DNA of 58,320 nt from IMG/VR virus record IMGVR_UViG_3300046791_000324, positions 1 to 58,320 of that record; one strand, given 5' to 3'. Below the pieces are notes generated by a model. It saw only the letters and a list, made by a program, of their open reading frames with translations, did no database searches and was not told the origin of the DNA. A program made the translations under genes and the position numbers. Positions 47,064 to 55,700 of the stretch are shown piece by piece. Numbering within the stretch: the stretch's first letter is position 1; each line of letters starts with the position of its first letter. This stretch comes from a virus (taxonomy: Duplodnaviria > Caudoviricetes).

Positions 47064-47561
47064 ATGAACAAAACCATCAAAACCCTATTGGCGCTGGCAG
47101 GACTGCTCGCGGTAATTAACACCGCTTCGGCGGGAGTCAAGAAAATCGGCACGCTCAACGGCTTCGATGTCTATCGCATCAAGAACATGGGCCTCTTCTG
47201 CCCGAGCACGACCACGACCGTTTTGGCGGACCCGAAGAAACCCGGGACCATCGAAGGCGTCGTGTCGAGTGCCTCAGGCACGTCGGTCCTCGGCAGTGTG
47301 GCGGCTCCTGCGGCTACCGCGGCGAGCGCGTATCTGCACAAGCCCGACACGACCACGGTGAGCCAATCCGGCGGCGGAGCCTCGGCCACGTCGAACGCTG
47401 ACGCGAGCGCGAAGTCCAAAGCGACCGGCGGGGCTGGCGGAGTGGGCAACGGCGGCGCAGGCGGCACTGGCAACGGTGGCGCGGGCGGAAACGGCACGGC
47501 CAATGGCGGCGGACAGTTTGTTCCCCCGGGCCACATCAACAACCCGTCGAGCAACAACTAA
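47064..47561 (+). CDS. Exported Gly/Ser-rich protein with its own promoter and terminator
   Basis: Signal peptide ending ASA; GGAGG repeats; TTGACG-N18-TAACCT upstream. Confidence 0.75.
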   Translation: MNKTIKTLLALAGLLAVINTASAGVKKIGTLNGFDVYRIKNMGLFCPSTTTTVLADPKKPGTIEGVVSSASGTSVLGSVAAPAATAASAYLHKPDTTTVSQSGGGASATSNADASAKSKATGGAGGVGNGGAGGTGNGGAGGNGTANGGGQFVPPGHINNPSSNN

Positions 47562-47593
47562 ATCTGGCCTCTCCAAGGACGGGTTCAAAGGCA

Positions 47594-47627
47594 GGGCGGG
47601 CACGGATTGCTCGCCCCTTTTTCTTTT
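47594..47627 (+). terminator. Rho-independent terminator
   Basis: GGGCGGGCA-CGGAT-TGCTCGCCC plus T tract. Confidence 0.75.
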
Positions 47628-47752
47628 CATGAGCCAATACCCGATGACCATCGCAGCGCAATGCGCGCGGGCTCGGCTGCGGCGCAAGCTGGCTGTCTTG
47701 ATGCTGTTCCTGGTCCTCGTCGGGCCGATTGCCGAAGATGACGCGGATGCAT

Positions 47753-47780
47753 TTGACAAGTTGCCGGGGTGTGGTAAAAT
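47753..47780 (+). promoter_or_regulatory. Near-consensus sigma70 promoter: TTGACA, 16-nt spacer ending TGG, TAAAAT
   Basis: 6 nt upstream of the first RNA of cluster 2. Confidence 0.8.
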
Positions 47781-47786
47781 GTCTGC

Positions 47787-47974
47787 GGTTCGGTAGCACA
47801 AACGGAATAGTGCAGTCGCCACTTGAGTGTGGACCTCACGAGTAGGCAGGAGATGACCACGGAGTAATCAACCGGGCTGGCGTCCCTCATTGAAAGTGAC
47901 AGGGTGAGCCTGGAGGGAGTGATTCGCCCGAAAAGCAAACCCTGATGCCGGTTCGAGCCCGGCCTGAACCACCA
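47787..47974 (+). ncRNA. 188-nt tRNA-scaffolded RNA with a 132-nt structured insert
   Basis: GGTTCGG/CTGAACC-A-CCA; D arm GCAC/GTGC; T arm GCCGG-TTCGAGC-CCGGC; no canonical anticodon arm. Confidence 0.8.
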
Positions 47975-47979
47975 ATTTT

Positions 47980-48084
47980 GTCGGTGACGGTCCGCAGTGG
48001 GGTTGACCGGGACGGGACGGCGAGTCAACGCGCCTGTCAGCTCCCGCCCGCTGCGCCCGGGTTCGTTTCCCGGGGCTGACACCA
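47980..48084 (+). ncRNA. tRNA-like RNA (6-bp acceptor, 6-bp T stem) with a pseudoknot-capable core
   Basis: GTCGGT/GCTGAC-A-CCA; CCCGGG-TTCGTTT-CCCGGG; CGCAGTGGG/CCCGCTGCG; GTTGAC/GTCAAC. Confidence 0.7.
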
Positions 48085-48091
48085 ATTTTTC

Positions 48092-48190
48092 GGGAGGGTG
48101 GCGAAACTGGTAAACGCGTCGCTCCACAAGGGCGGCTGCCGGATATTGGCCATAAGCCGGTGTGTGCGGGTTCGACCCCCGCCCCTCCCA
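48092..48190 (+). tRNA. Type-II (Leu-like body) tRNA with an aberrant anticodon loop CC-ACA-AG
   Basis: GGGAGGG/CCCTCCC-A; GCG-AAACTGGTAAA-CGC; TCGCT/GGCGG; long variable arm; GCGGG-TTCGACC-CCCGC. Confidence 0.7.
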
Positions 48191-48241
48191 CTTTTTCTGA
48201 AATAAAACTTGCGCCGGGCGCAGCCTGTGGCACATTACGGT

Positions 48242-48604
48242 ATGATGAACGAACAAGAACGATTTGAGCTGGACGCGGAAAACGACGGCTTCACGAACGA
48301 CTTTCAGCGGGCCCTCGCGGTCTCTCACTCGCGCCGCGCACCGTCTCAGCGCGGGCAGGCCGAGGCCCTGGTGGCTGCCGGCTTCGCCGTCGTGGTGGAA
48401 CGCCGCCCCGAGTATTGCGGCATCACTGACGCCATCCTGGGCGAGAGCCTGACCATCGCCGGGCATTTCAAGACCCGCGCCGAGGCCTCCGCTCACGCCG
48501 AAGCCAGCCACTGCGATTTTGGCGACAGCACCTTCGAGGTTTGGCCCCGCGAGGTTCCCTTTTTGCCCCGCGAGGTTGTGACCTCCGACGACCTGCCTTT
48601 CTGA
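48242..48604 (+). CDS. Early hypothetical protein
   Basis: Leaderless ATG after TTGCGC-N16-CACATT; ends DDLPF. Confidence 0.65.
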   Translation: MMNEQERFELDAENDGFTNDFQRALAVSHSRRAPSQRGQAEALVAAGFAVVVERRPEYCGITDAILGESLTIAGHFKTRAEASAHAEASHCDFGDSTFEVWPREVPFLPREVVTSDDLPF

Positions 48605-48624
48605 CACCCAACCCCAAAGACACC

Positions 48625-48831
48625 ATGACCAAAGACCGAACCAAATACACCTACCGCCTCGATGTTCGCTACGAAAACGGGGCTGGCACCAGCACAGAAC
48701 TGTCGGACCAACAGACGGCAATCCGTGACGGCTGGAGGGCCGCCGGCAACCCGTTCGTGACCTCCGCCAAGGTCCTGCGGGCCCCCGAGGGCAGCTTTTC
48801 CTTCCGGCAGGTCCACAACATCAAGGGCTGA
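48625..48831 (+). CDS. Hypothetical protein
   Basis: M(TKDRTK) start. Confidence 0.55.
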   Translation: MTKDRTKYTYRLDVRYENGAGTSTELSDQQTAIRDGWRAAGNPFVTSAKVLRAPEGSFSFRQVHNIKG

Positions 48832-48836
48832 ACTAG

Positions 48837-49436
48837 ATGAAGCCCAAAGGACCAGTTTTTGACGCGGAGTGGCGCAGGAATTCCGAATTGCGGCCCGTCC
48901 CTCTCTGTGAAGTCGCAGCATTCGTCTCCGCACACTACCTCAAGAAACGCCCGGCCATCGTTCTGCTATCGCTCGGCGTTTTTTCCTTTGGTAGGCTGGT
49001 CGGCATGGTGCTTTTCTCGGCACCCCCGAAACAATCGGATGTTCGGTATGGCGGAAAGACCTGGGAACTAGCCCGGCTGTATCTGCTGGACAGTATCCCG
49101 GCCAACGCTGAAACTTGGGCAATCTCTGGCAGTGTGCGACATATCCGCAAGAACTATCCGGACGTGCGGTGCCTTGTGTCTTACGCAGACCCTAGCGCGG
49201 GACACGCCGGGACGATATACCGGGCGGCGAACTGGGAGTCTGACGGTCGGACCGATGAAGGCCGCAAGACACCACGTCATGACTATGCCGATGCGCGCAC
49301 CGGGAAAAAATACGGACGCCGAGGGAATGTCCCTGCGGGAGCCGAATTGGTTAGAATCCCACGGGTCTCTAAGTTTCGGTTTAAGCTGGTCTTGCACCCC
49401 GTAAAACTACGGACTTGCGCCGCCACGTCCCGATGA
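48837..49436 (+). CDS. mom: Mom-like GNAT DNA-modification protein
   Basis: HYL, WELARL, LVSYAD...GH.GTIYRAANW signature of the Mu Mom family. Confidence 0.8.
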   Translation: MKPKGPVFDAEWRRNSELRPVPLCEVAAFVSAHYLKKRPAIVLLSLGVFSFGRLVGMVLFSAPPKQSDVRYGGKTWELARLYLLDSIPANAETWAISGSVRHIRKNYPDVRCLVSYADPSAGHAGTIYRAANWESDGRTDEGRKTPRHDYADARTGKKYGRRGNVPAGAELVRIPRVSKFRFKLVLHPVKLRTCAATSR

Positions 49437-49442
49437 TAAGTT
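49399..49442 (+). promoter_or_regulatory. Early promoter cassette with palindrome
   Basis: CCGTA-AAAC-TACGG, TTGCGC-N16-TAAGTT, ATG at 49448. Confidence 0.65.
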
Positions 49443-49447
49443 GACGC

Positions 49448-49618
49448 ATGATTAAAAATCAGACCGAAATCGAAATCCACTTCCCCCGCGGCTGGCCGGT
49501 TATTCAATGCCAAGATTGGTTGCTGGGGCGATGGACCAGTAACTTTTTCCTGGGGGCCACCCGCGGCACCCGTTGGCAATTCCGGTCTTTCGGTTGGGTC
49601 ATCACCTTTAAGGGCTGA
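49448..49618 (+). CDS. 56-aa hypothetical protein
   Basis: Manual translation MIKNQTEIEIHFPRGW...; lies between two promoter cassettes. Confidence 0.55.
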   Translation: MIKNQTEIEIHFPRGWPVIQCQDWLLGRWTSNFFLGATRGTRWQFRSFGWVITFKG

Positions 49619-49623
49619 ACGAA

Positions 49624-49667
49624 CCGTAGAAATACGGTATTGCACAACTCGCAGTCCGTGGTATCTT
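49624..49667 (+). promoter_or_regulatory. Early promoter cassette with palindrome
   Basis: CCGTA-GAAA-TACGG, TTGCAC-N16-TATCTT, ATG at 49674. Confidence 0.75.
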
Positions 49668-49673
49668 CTCTGC

Positions 49674-51326
49674 ATGAGCGAAACAGCATACGTCGAAATC
49701 ACTGGAAACACCTTCCCCGTGAAAGAAGCCCTGAAGGCGATGGGCGCACGGTGGAACGGCGTCAAGAAGTGCTGGACCGTCAAGGCCGAGGTCGCCGAGA
49801 AGGCCCTCGCGCTGGTGAAGGGCGGTTGCCGCCCCGTGGCCAAGCCCACGACCCTCCGCGAGGTCACCGGCAACGTGGACTGGTCCGCTGAGCAGACCGC
49901 GATTTTCTCCTGGTTCGCGACCGGCCAGGGCAACCTCGTTGTGCAGGCTCGCGCGGGCACGGGCAAGACCACCACCATCAAGGAAGCCTTCAACCACGCC
50001 CGCGAAGAGGGCCGCTTGCTCTACGCCGTGTTCAACAAGAAAAATCAGGTCGAGGCGCAGGAGAAAATCACCGATGGTCGCGTTGAGGTCAAGACCCTGC
50101 ACAGCCTCGGCTACAGCTTCATCAAGCGCGTCTGGACCGATGCGAAGCCCGAGGACAACGTCGAGTTTGACCGTATCGAGCACGTCTCCCCGGGCCTGCC
50201 TGAGGAAATCACGACGCCCGTCGTCAAGCTGGTCGGCTTCTGCAAGAACACCTTCGTGAACGTCCCGAGCCTCAACGAAGTGCTGGAGCTGGCGGACGCC
50301 CGCGACATCTCCGCTCCCGATAACCTGGAGGCCGCTTTTCCGGTCGCCAAGCTGAGCCAGATTGCAATCGACGTGTTGCGCTGCACGCTGGAGAAGGACG
50401 GACAGGGCCGAATTTCTTTCAACGACATGGTCTGGTTGCCCGTCGCCGCCGGCTGGGTGAAGCCCTCCTTTTCCCTCGTCGTCGTGGATGAAGCGCAGGA
50501 CATGAACCTGCCGCAGTTGCTGATGGCTGAGCGCGCCTGCAAAACGGGCGGACGCATCTGCATCGTGGGCGACGACAAGCAGGCAATCTACGGCTTCCGC
50601 GGTGCGGCCTCGGACGGAATGCACCTGATGAAGCAACGGCTTAACGCGAGCACGCTCGGCCTGACCACGACCTACCGCTGCCCGAAGGCGGTTGTCGCGC
50701 TGGCCAACGAAATCGTGACTGACTACACCGCTGCGCCGTCCGCCCCCGAGGGCGAAGTGCGCGAGCTGGCCCTGGGTGCCGCGGTTGCCTCTCTGGTGCC
50801 CGGTGACGCCGTCCTGAGCCGCCTGAACGCCCCGCTGATGGGCATCTGCCTCGGCCTGCTCCGCAAGGGCACTCCGGCACGCGTCGAAGGCCGCGACATC
50901 GGCCAACAGCTCGTCGGAATGGTCCGCAAGCTGAAAGCCAAGAGCGTCCCCGATTTTCTCTCGAAGCTGGCGCGCTGGGGCGAAAAGCAAATCGCGCGCG
51001 CGAACGCTGCCGGCGGAAAATACGTCCAGAACAAAATCGAGCTGGCCAACGACCAAGTCGCGACGCTCACGGCAATCGCCGACGGCTGCGCGAACGTCTC
51101 CCAGGTCGAGGCCCGCATCACGGAAATCTTTCAGGACAGCCAGGGCAACCGGACGCCCGCCGTTGTCTGCTCGTCGGTCCACAAGGCGAAGGGCCTGGAG
51201 TGGAACACGGTTTGCCTCGTCAACAGCTCGTTCCGTCACGGGCTCGCGGATGCGAACAGCGAAGAGGCGAACATTTTCTACGTCGCCGTGACCCGCGCCA
51301 AGAAAATCTTGATTCGCGGGCTGTGA
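49674..51326 (+). CDS. UvrD/Rep-like SF1 helicase
   Basis: ARAGTGKTT, VDEAQD, VGDDKQAIYGFRGA, TYRCP, HKAKGLEW, YVAVTRAK. Confidence 0.93.
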   Translation: MSETAYVEITGNTFPVKEALKAMGARWNGVKKCWTVKAEVAEKALALVKGGCRPVAKPTTLREVTGNVDWSAEQTAIFSWFATGQGNLVVQARAGTGKTTTIKEAFNHAREEGRLLYAVFNKKNQVEAQEKITDGRVEVKTLHSLGYSFIKRVWTDAKPEDNVEFDRIEHVSPGLPEEITTPVVKLVGFCKNTFVNVPSLNEVLELADARDISAPDNLEAAFPVAKLSQIAIDVLRCTLEKDGQGRISFNDMVWLPVAAGWVKPSFSLVVVDEAQDMNLPQLLMAERACKTGGRICIVGDDKQAIYGFRGAASDGMHLMKQRLNASTLGLTTTYRCPKAVVALANEIVTDYTAAPSAPEGEVRELALGAAVASLVPGDAVLSRLNAPLMGICLGLLRKGTPARVEGRDIGQQLVGMVRKLKAKSVPDFLSKLARWGEKQIARANAAGGKYVQNKIELANDQVATLTAIADGCANVSQVEARITEIFQDSQGNRTPAVVCSSVHKAKGLEWNTVCLVNSSFRHGLADANSEEANIFYVAVTRAKKILIRGL

Positions 51327-51357
51327 GATGGTAGAGTCACAACACAAAAAGAAAAAT

Positions 51358-51549
51358 ATGAATACACCCTACGACATACTGGCTAGTCAGGTCATCGCCC
51401 GGGCCCGCGAGAGCGGGTTGCCGGTGGACGGAAATTACCCGAGCGCACAGGGCCGCGAAGAGGTCCGTCAGGCCCTTTCTGACGTGATGGTCGGGAAGCT
51501 GCTAATTGTGCGTCGGACCACCGACGACTACACTCTGGAGGTCCGATGA
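51358..51549 (+). CDS. Hypothetical protein
   Basis: Short ORF in the operon. Confidence 0.45.
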   Translation: MNTPYDILASQVIARARESGLPVDGNYPSAQGREEVRQALSDVMVGKLLIVRRTTDDYTLEVR

Positions 51550-51857
51550 AAACCGTAAAACTGATGATTGAAGTCGAGCTGGACGGCGACACGGAGCAGA
51601 GCGCCCGCGACGCCGTGAAGACCTTGCTGGGCGAGTCTTACTACTCCGCGACCGCTGTGGAAATCTACAACCCCGAGCACGCCGAGCGCGCCGCTTTCCT
51701 GGTTCTCGACAACGCTTTCATCGTGAACATTCGCTCGAACAACGAGCCGGTGATGAAGCTGCAAGGCTCCTGGGACAAGCTGCACAAGGACCTCGTGAAG
51801 GCGATGGACCCGATTGAATCCGCGCGCGAGTTGCAGCGGGCGAAAGAAATTTCCTAA
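51546..51857 (+). CDS. Hypothetical protein
   Basis: 103-aa ORF, ATGA overlap. Confidence 0.6.
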   Translation: MKTVKLMIEVELDGDTEQSARDAVKTLLGESYYSATAVEIYNPEHAERAAFLVLDNAFIVNIRSNNEPVMKLQGSWDKLHKDLVKAMDPIESARELQRAKEIS

Positions 51858-51913
51858 CCGGCTCGCGGTCCTCTGACCCACTTCAAATCGCGACGCCAAA
51901 AAGACCCACCTAC

Positions 51914-51953
51914 AAAAAGGGCCCGTGCCTAGCAAGCGCGGGCCTCTTCTTTT
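51914..51953. terminator. Bidirectional terminator at the convergence point
   Basis: AAAAA-GGGCCCGTGC-loop-GCGCGGGCCT-CTTCTTTT. Confidence 0.8.
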
Positions 51954-52593
51954 AGATGGAGCGTTTGAGAATTGAGTTGAGAATCTGACCTGCGCCCGGT
52001 GCGGGGCCTCCCGTTGGCCCGGAGGGCTGGAGGTTCGCGGTGCGCTGTGTGGCGAGCTTCGTTTGCACGCTGGGGGCTGGCTGGCTCTCGGGTGCCATCG
52101 GGGAGGGCTCGGCTGCGCCTGGGGCCGGAGCACCTGCGCCAGCGGGAGAGGCGGCGCTGTTCACGCTGTCAAAGGGCGGGGCCAATTCCAACAGCCGGCC
52201 TTGCTGGTCGGCTTCCTGGAGGTCGCCAGGGTGCAGCACCTGGGTGTTGAAAAGCACCTGTGTCTTGCCGTCGATGCTCTCGTAGATGCCGAAGCCAGCG
52301 GCAACCAGAGGCTGCGCGTGCTTGGCGATTGTGGTGACGACGGGGTCCTTGGACTTGTCCGGGGCCGACACGGCGGAGGGCTTGCCCTTGGCCACGGCGA
52401 AAATCATCGGGTTGTCGAGCAGCTCGGCAGGCAGCGTTTCGAGCATGGCCGCGGGGTGCATTTCCAGCTTCGGGTCGCCGGCTGCGGGGGCCTCGGGTGC
52501 GGCTGGGGCGGCGGCGGTTGCTTCGGGCGTGCCCGGGTCCATCGGAGGAGCGCCGGCTGCTTGAACGTCTGCGGTAGTGAGTGAGAGGGCCAT
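51952..52593 (-). CDS. Pro/Ala-rich hypothetical late protein
   Basis: ATG 6 nt after class-II motif TTGACA-N18-CCTCTT (52600-52629). Confidence 0.7.
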   Translation of the reverse strand: MALSLTTADVQAAGAPPMDPGTPEATAAAPAAPEAPAAGDPKLEMHPAAMLETLPAELLDNPMIFAVAKGKPSAVSAPDKSKDPVVTTIAKHAQPLVAAGFGIYESIDGKTQVLFNTQVLHPGDLQEADQQGRLLELAPPFDSVNSAASPAGAGAPAPGAAEPSPMAPESQPAPSVQTKLATQRTANLQPSGPTGGPAPGAGQILNSILKRSI

Positions 52594-52770
52594 AGGATTA
52601 AGAGGTCTTGCGTTTGGGTTCGATGTCAAGGTCCGGAGTGTTGTCGGCGAGCGTGCCGTCGTCCTCGCGGGCCGGCATGAACCGCTGCGCGCCGCGGACG
52701 ATGGTGTCCAACTCTTTTTCGCTCAGCCCGAAATCTTCGAGCGTCACTTCTTTGTGCTTTGGGTTCGTCT

Positions 52771-55700
52771 TCATTTTTTCTTAATGTCGCCCGCTTCGAG
52801 CGTCTTCGCAACTTTGGTCTTCTTGACCTTTGGCTTCACGTCGGCCTCCTTCAAGTCCAACAGGCCCTCGGGAGTCCGAGTCGTGCGGTCCAAAAGAGTG
52901 TTGTAGTCGGACTTCGCTTTTCCTGCGGCGGCAGTCCAACCGTTCTTCTCCCACAAATCTTTTTCGGCGAACCAGATGATTGCCTGGAGCGCGTCGGCCT
53001 TGATTCCCAAGTCGTCGGCGGCCTTCTGGAAAGCGTCCTGACCGAAATAAAAGTCCGGGTCAGACACGCCGCTTTCGTTCGCCGGCTGAATGCGCCACGG
53101 CTTGCCGGAGTCTTCGCCCGCGAGGCGGGTGAGTGAGCGCATGGCCCACACGTCAATCGTGGCCTTGAAAGTCGTCCCCGAGAGGTTGCCCGTGAAGTTT
53201 GGAGTCTTCGGGCCCTCGACGCCTTCGAGCCAGGAGCGGTCCAACACCTTCATCACCGCGCGAGAGTTCATGCCGAACTTTTTCCCGTTCGCTTTTGTCG
53301 GAAGGAGGTTGTGCTTCTTCGCCCACCAGCCCATGAAGGCGGCGTAGTCGGCCTTCTTGCCGGTCTTGCCCGTCTCCTTGGAAAACTCTTCGAGGTCGCC
53401 CTCGTTGAATTTCTTTTTGCCCTCGCGATATTTTTCAATCATCGAGTTGTAGGCCCCAGTCTTGAACTGGTTGTAGGCCGCGAGTGCGTCCTTGAAGTTT
53501 GGACCCACGGCTTGCTGCGCGGAAGTCGCGCCGAGCAGCTCGCAGAAAAACTTTGTGTCGTCGCCGAGCACCTTGCCGATTTTGTCTCGGAAGGTCGAAT
53601 ACCAAAACTCGCCCTCGGCGATTGCCGGGTCGGCCTTCGCTTTGTGATACTCGCGCTGCAACTTCTTCGCGAGCGCGTCGCGGAATGCCTCCTTGGAGCC
53701 GGACTTCTCAGCGAGGTCAGACTTGAGCAAACCGTAAGGCTTGGCCACAGGCAGGGCGTCGCCGTCCCACTGCGACTTGTAATTGCCGTCCTTGCCCTTC
53801 TGGAATTCGAGAGGAAAGGCCTCCGGAAAGGTCTTGCTCTTTTCGATTTTGTTTTCGACGTAGGCGTTGAACTCTGGCGTGCCCTGCTTCTGAAACTTTT
53901 GTCCGCCCTTGCCCAGCACGGTCTCGCTCTTTTTCTTCTCGGGCTCCACGCTGAAAGCGAAGTCTTCCTTGTTGCCGAACTTCGCGTCCTTCACGAACAC
54001 GCTGTTGCCGGCGCTCACAGCTTGCGAGCCGCCGACGACAGGTTCGTCGGTTCCCTTCTCGTAGAAGTAGGAGTGCTTGTTGGGGTTGAATCCGACTTCC
54101 GTCCACCCTTCGAGGTTCTGTGGGATGGACCGGGAGGGATTGAACTCGCCTTCCACTGTCGCGATGGGGAACTTGGGTGCGCCTTCGCGGATTTTCTCCG
54201 CGCCCCTCTCGTTAGAGAAAAAGGTCGGATTGTCCACCGTGGCCACGGAGTCGTAGCCGATGCGCTTGCCGACGCTGCCGCCCTTGGCCTTCTCGTGGAC
54301 GGTCACCACGTAGGTGCCGTGCCGCGTGAAAGCGGGGATGTCGATTCGCAGACCAACCGGCGTGCCGGGTTCGAGGTCTCGGTGCGCGCCGACGAAAGAT
54401 TTCTTGTCCTCACTGAGTGCAGCGGTGACTTCTTTGTCTGTCGGGACCTTGCTCACAGAGAATCGAACGTCCTGGCTGGTCTTCCGGAAGGTGCCCACGT
54501 TGCCGGTCGCAGATTTGATTTGCTCAGGCTTGAACGCGATGTAGTGAATCGTGTCAGGGCTCAGGTTCATCCCGCGGAACTTGTCTGACACCGTCTCGTC
54601 GATGATTCCATCGAAGCCAGAGTCTTCAATGGTCTGCCGGATGATTTCCGCTCGCGCAAATTCGCCCGTGTTGTCGTCCATCGCGTAGGCGATGTGCTCG
54701 CTGTCCTTGATGGTCTTTACCAGCTCGGAGGCCCGCACAGAGTCGCTCTCGTCGTAAAGGCTGAGGTTCTCTCTGACATCCTGGACTAGCGCGTGCCCGT
54801 CTGCCTCGCTGTAGCGGTCAGTGTTCTCTTGCAGGTGTTGCAAAAACTTGTCGAGCTGTCGGCCTTCGAGGACTGTCTGCCCGCTGCCGCTAACTTTGCT
54901 TCCGAGACGAAAGGGCTTCTTGATGGCTAGATACGCGGGCATCGTGGCACCCCCGTGTGAGCCTTTTAGTTTCTTCCGGGCTACGTCCATCGCTTCGTCG
55001 TGAGAGATGTCGTGCTCGCTGTCGCTCATGATTCTCTCGGCCTCCTGTTCGAGGCGAGATGTGAGGTCCGGGCCTTCTCCCGCGTAGTTCTTGCCAACGT
55101 CGTGCGGGTCGCTGGTGAAATAGAATCCCTTGCCCAAATCGTTTTCGATGTTCGTGTTCTTATTGTCGAACTGCGTGAACTCGTGCGTCGTGCCGTGGTA
55201 AACCACCTGCGGGTCGCCTGGGCGAGCGGGGTCCACAACCTCGGACTTGCCGAACCACTTCTTGAAGTATGGGGACTCAGTGCCCTGCTCCACCCAAGCC
55301 TTGCGCGCCTTTTCTTGCGACGCCTTGCTGGGCTCTGCGCCCGCGAGCGCGGGAGAGAATTTGGACTCCGCGATGACCCGACCAAAGTCTTCGTCCATGA
55401 TTTTGCGCGCCTCCTCGGTCGATAGTGGCCCACCAGCGGTGTATTTGGTATTCCCCTTCCCGAAGACCGATTCCCGAATCTGTAGTGGCCCCGAGCCTTC
55501 TAGTGACCCCCTCAGCGTGTCAACCCCGTGGGCTCTGAGTTCTCGCTTGGCCCTCTTGTAGAGGTCCATCGCGATACCTTTTCGTTGGTGTGCCTCATCG
55601 ACATCAACCGCGGCAACTACGGCTGACTTCTGTCCGGTGTAATCAATCTGAAGTTTTCCGACTACATTCCCATCTTCATCACGAGACACGACATCAAAAC

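Noticed and set aside
47815-47946. Group I intron or hammerhead ribozyme within the tRNA insert (CTGATG, CGAAA)
   Set aside because: Too short for group I, with no recognisable P7 core; hammerhead core CUGAnGA is incomplete and lacks the required stems
47787-48084. tmRNA
   Set aside because: No G3:U70 alanine identity, too short, no evident tag ORF, and the first RNA has a true D stem
47627-48721. 364-aa minus-strand ORF
   Set aside because: Antisense to the RNA cluster and early genes; not protein-like
33052-51347. Long minus-strand ORFs (33052-34110, 38608-39852, 40187-42139, 49608-51347)
   Set aside because: Antisense shadows of the ligase, polymerase, primase and helicase genes
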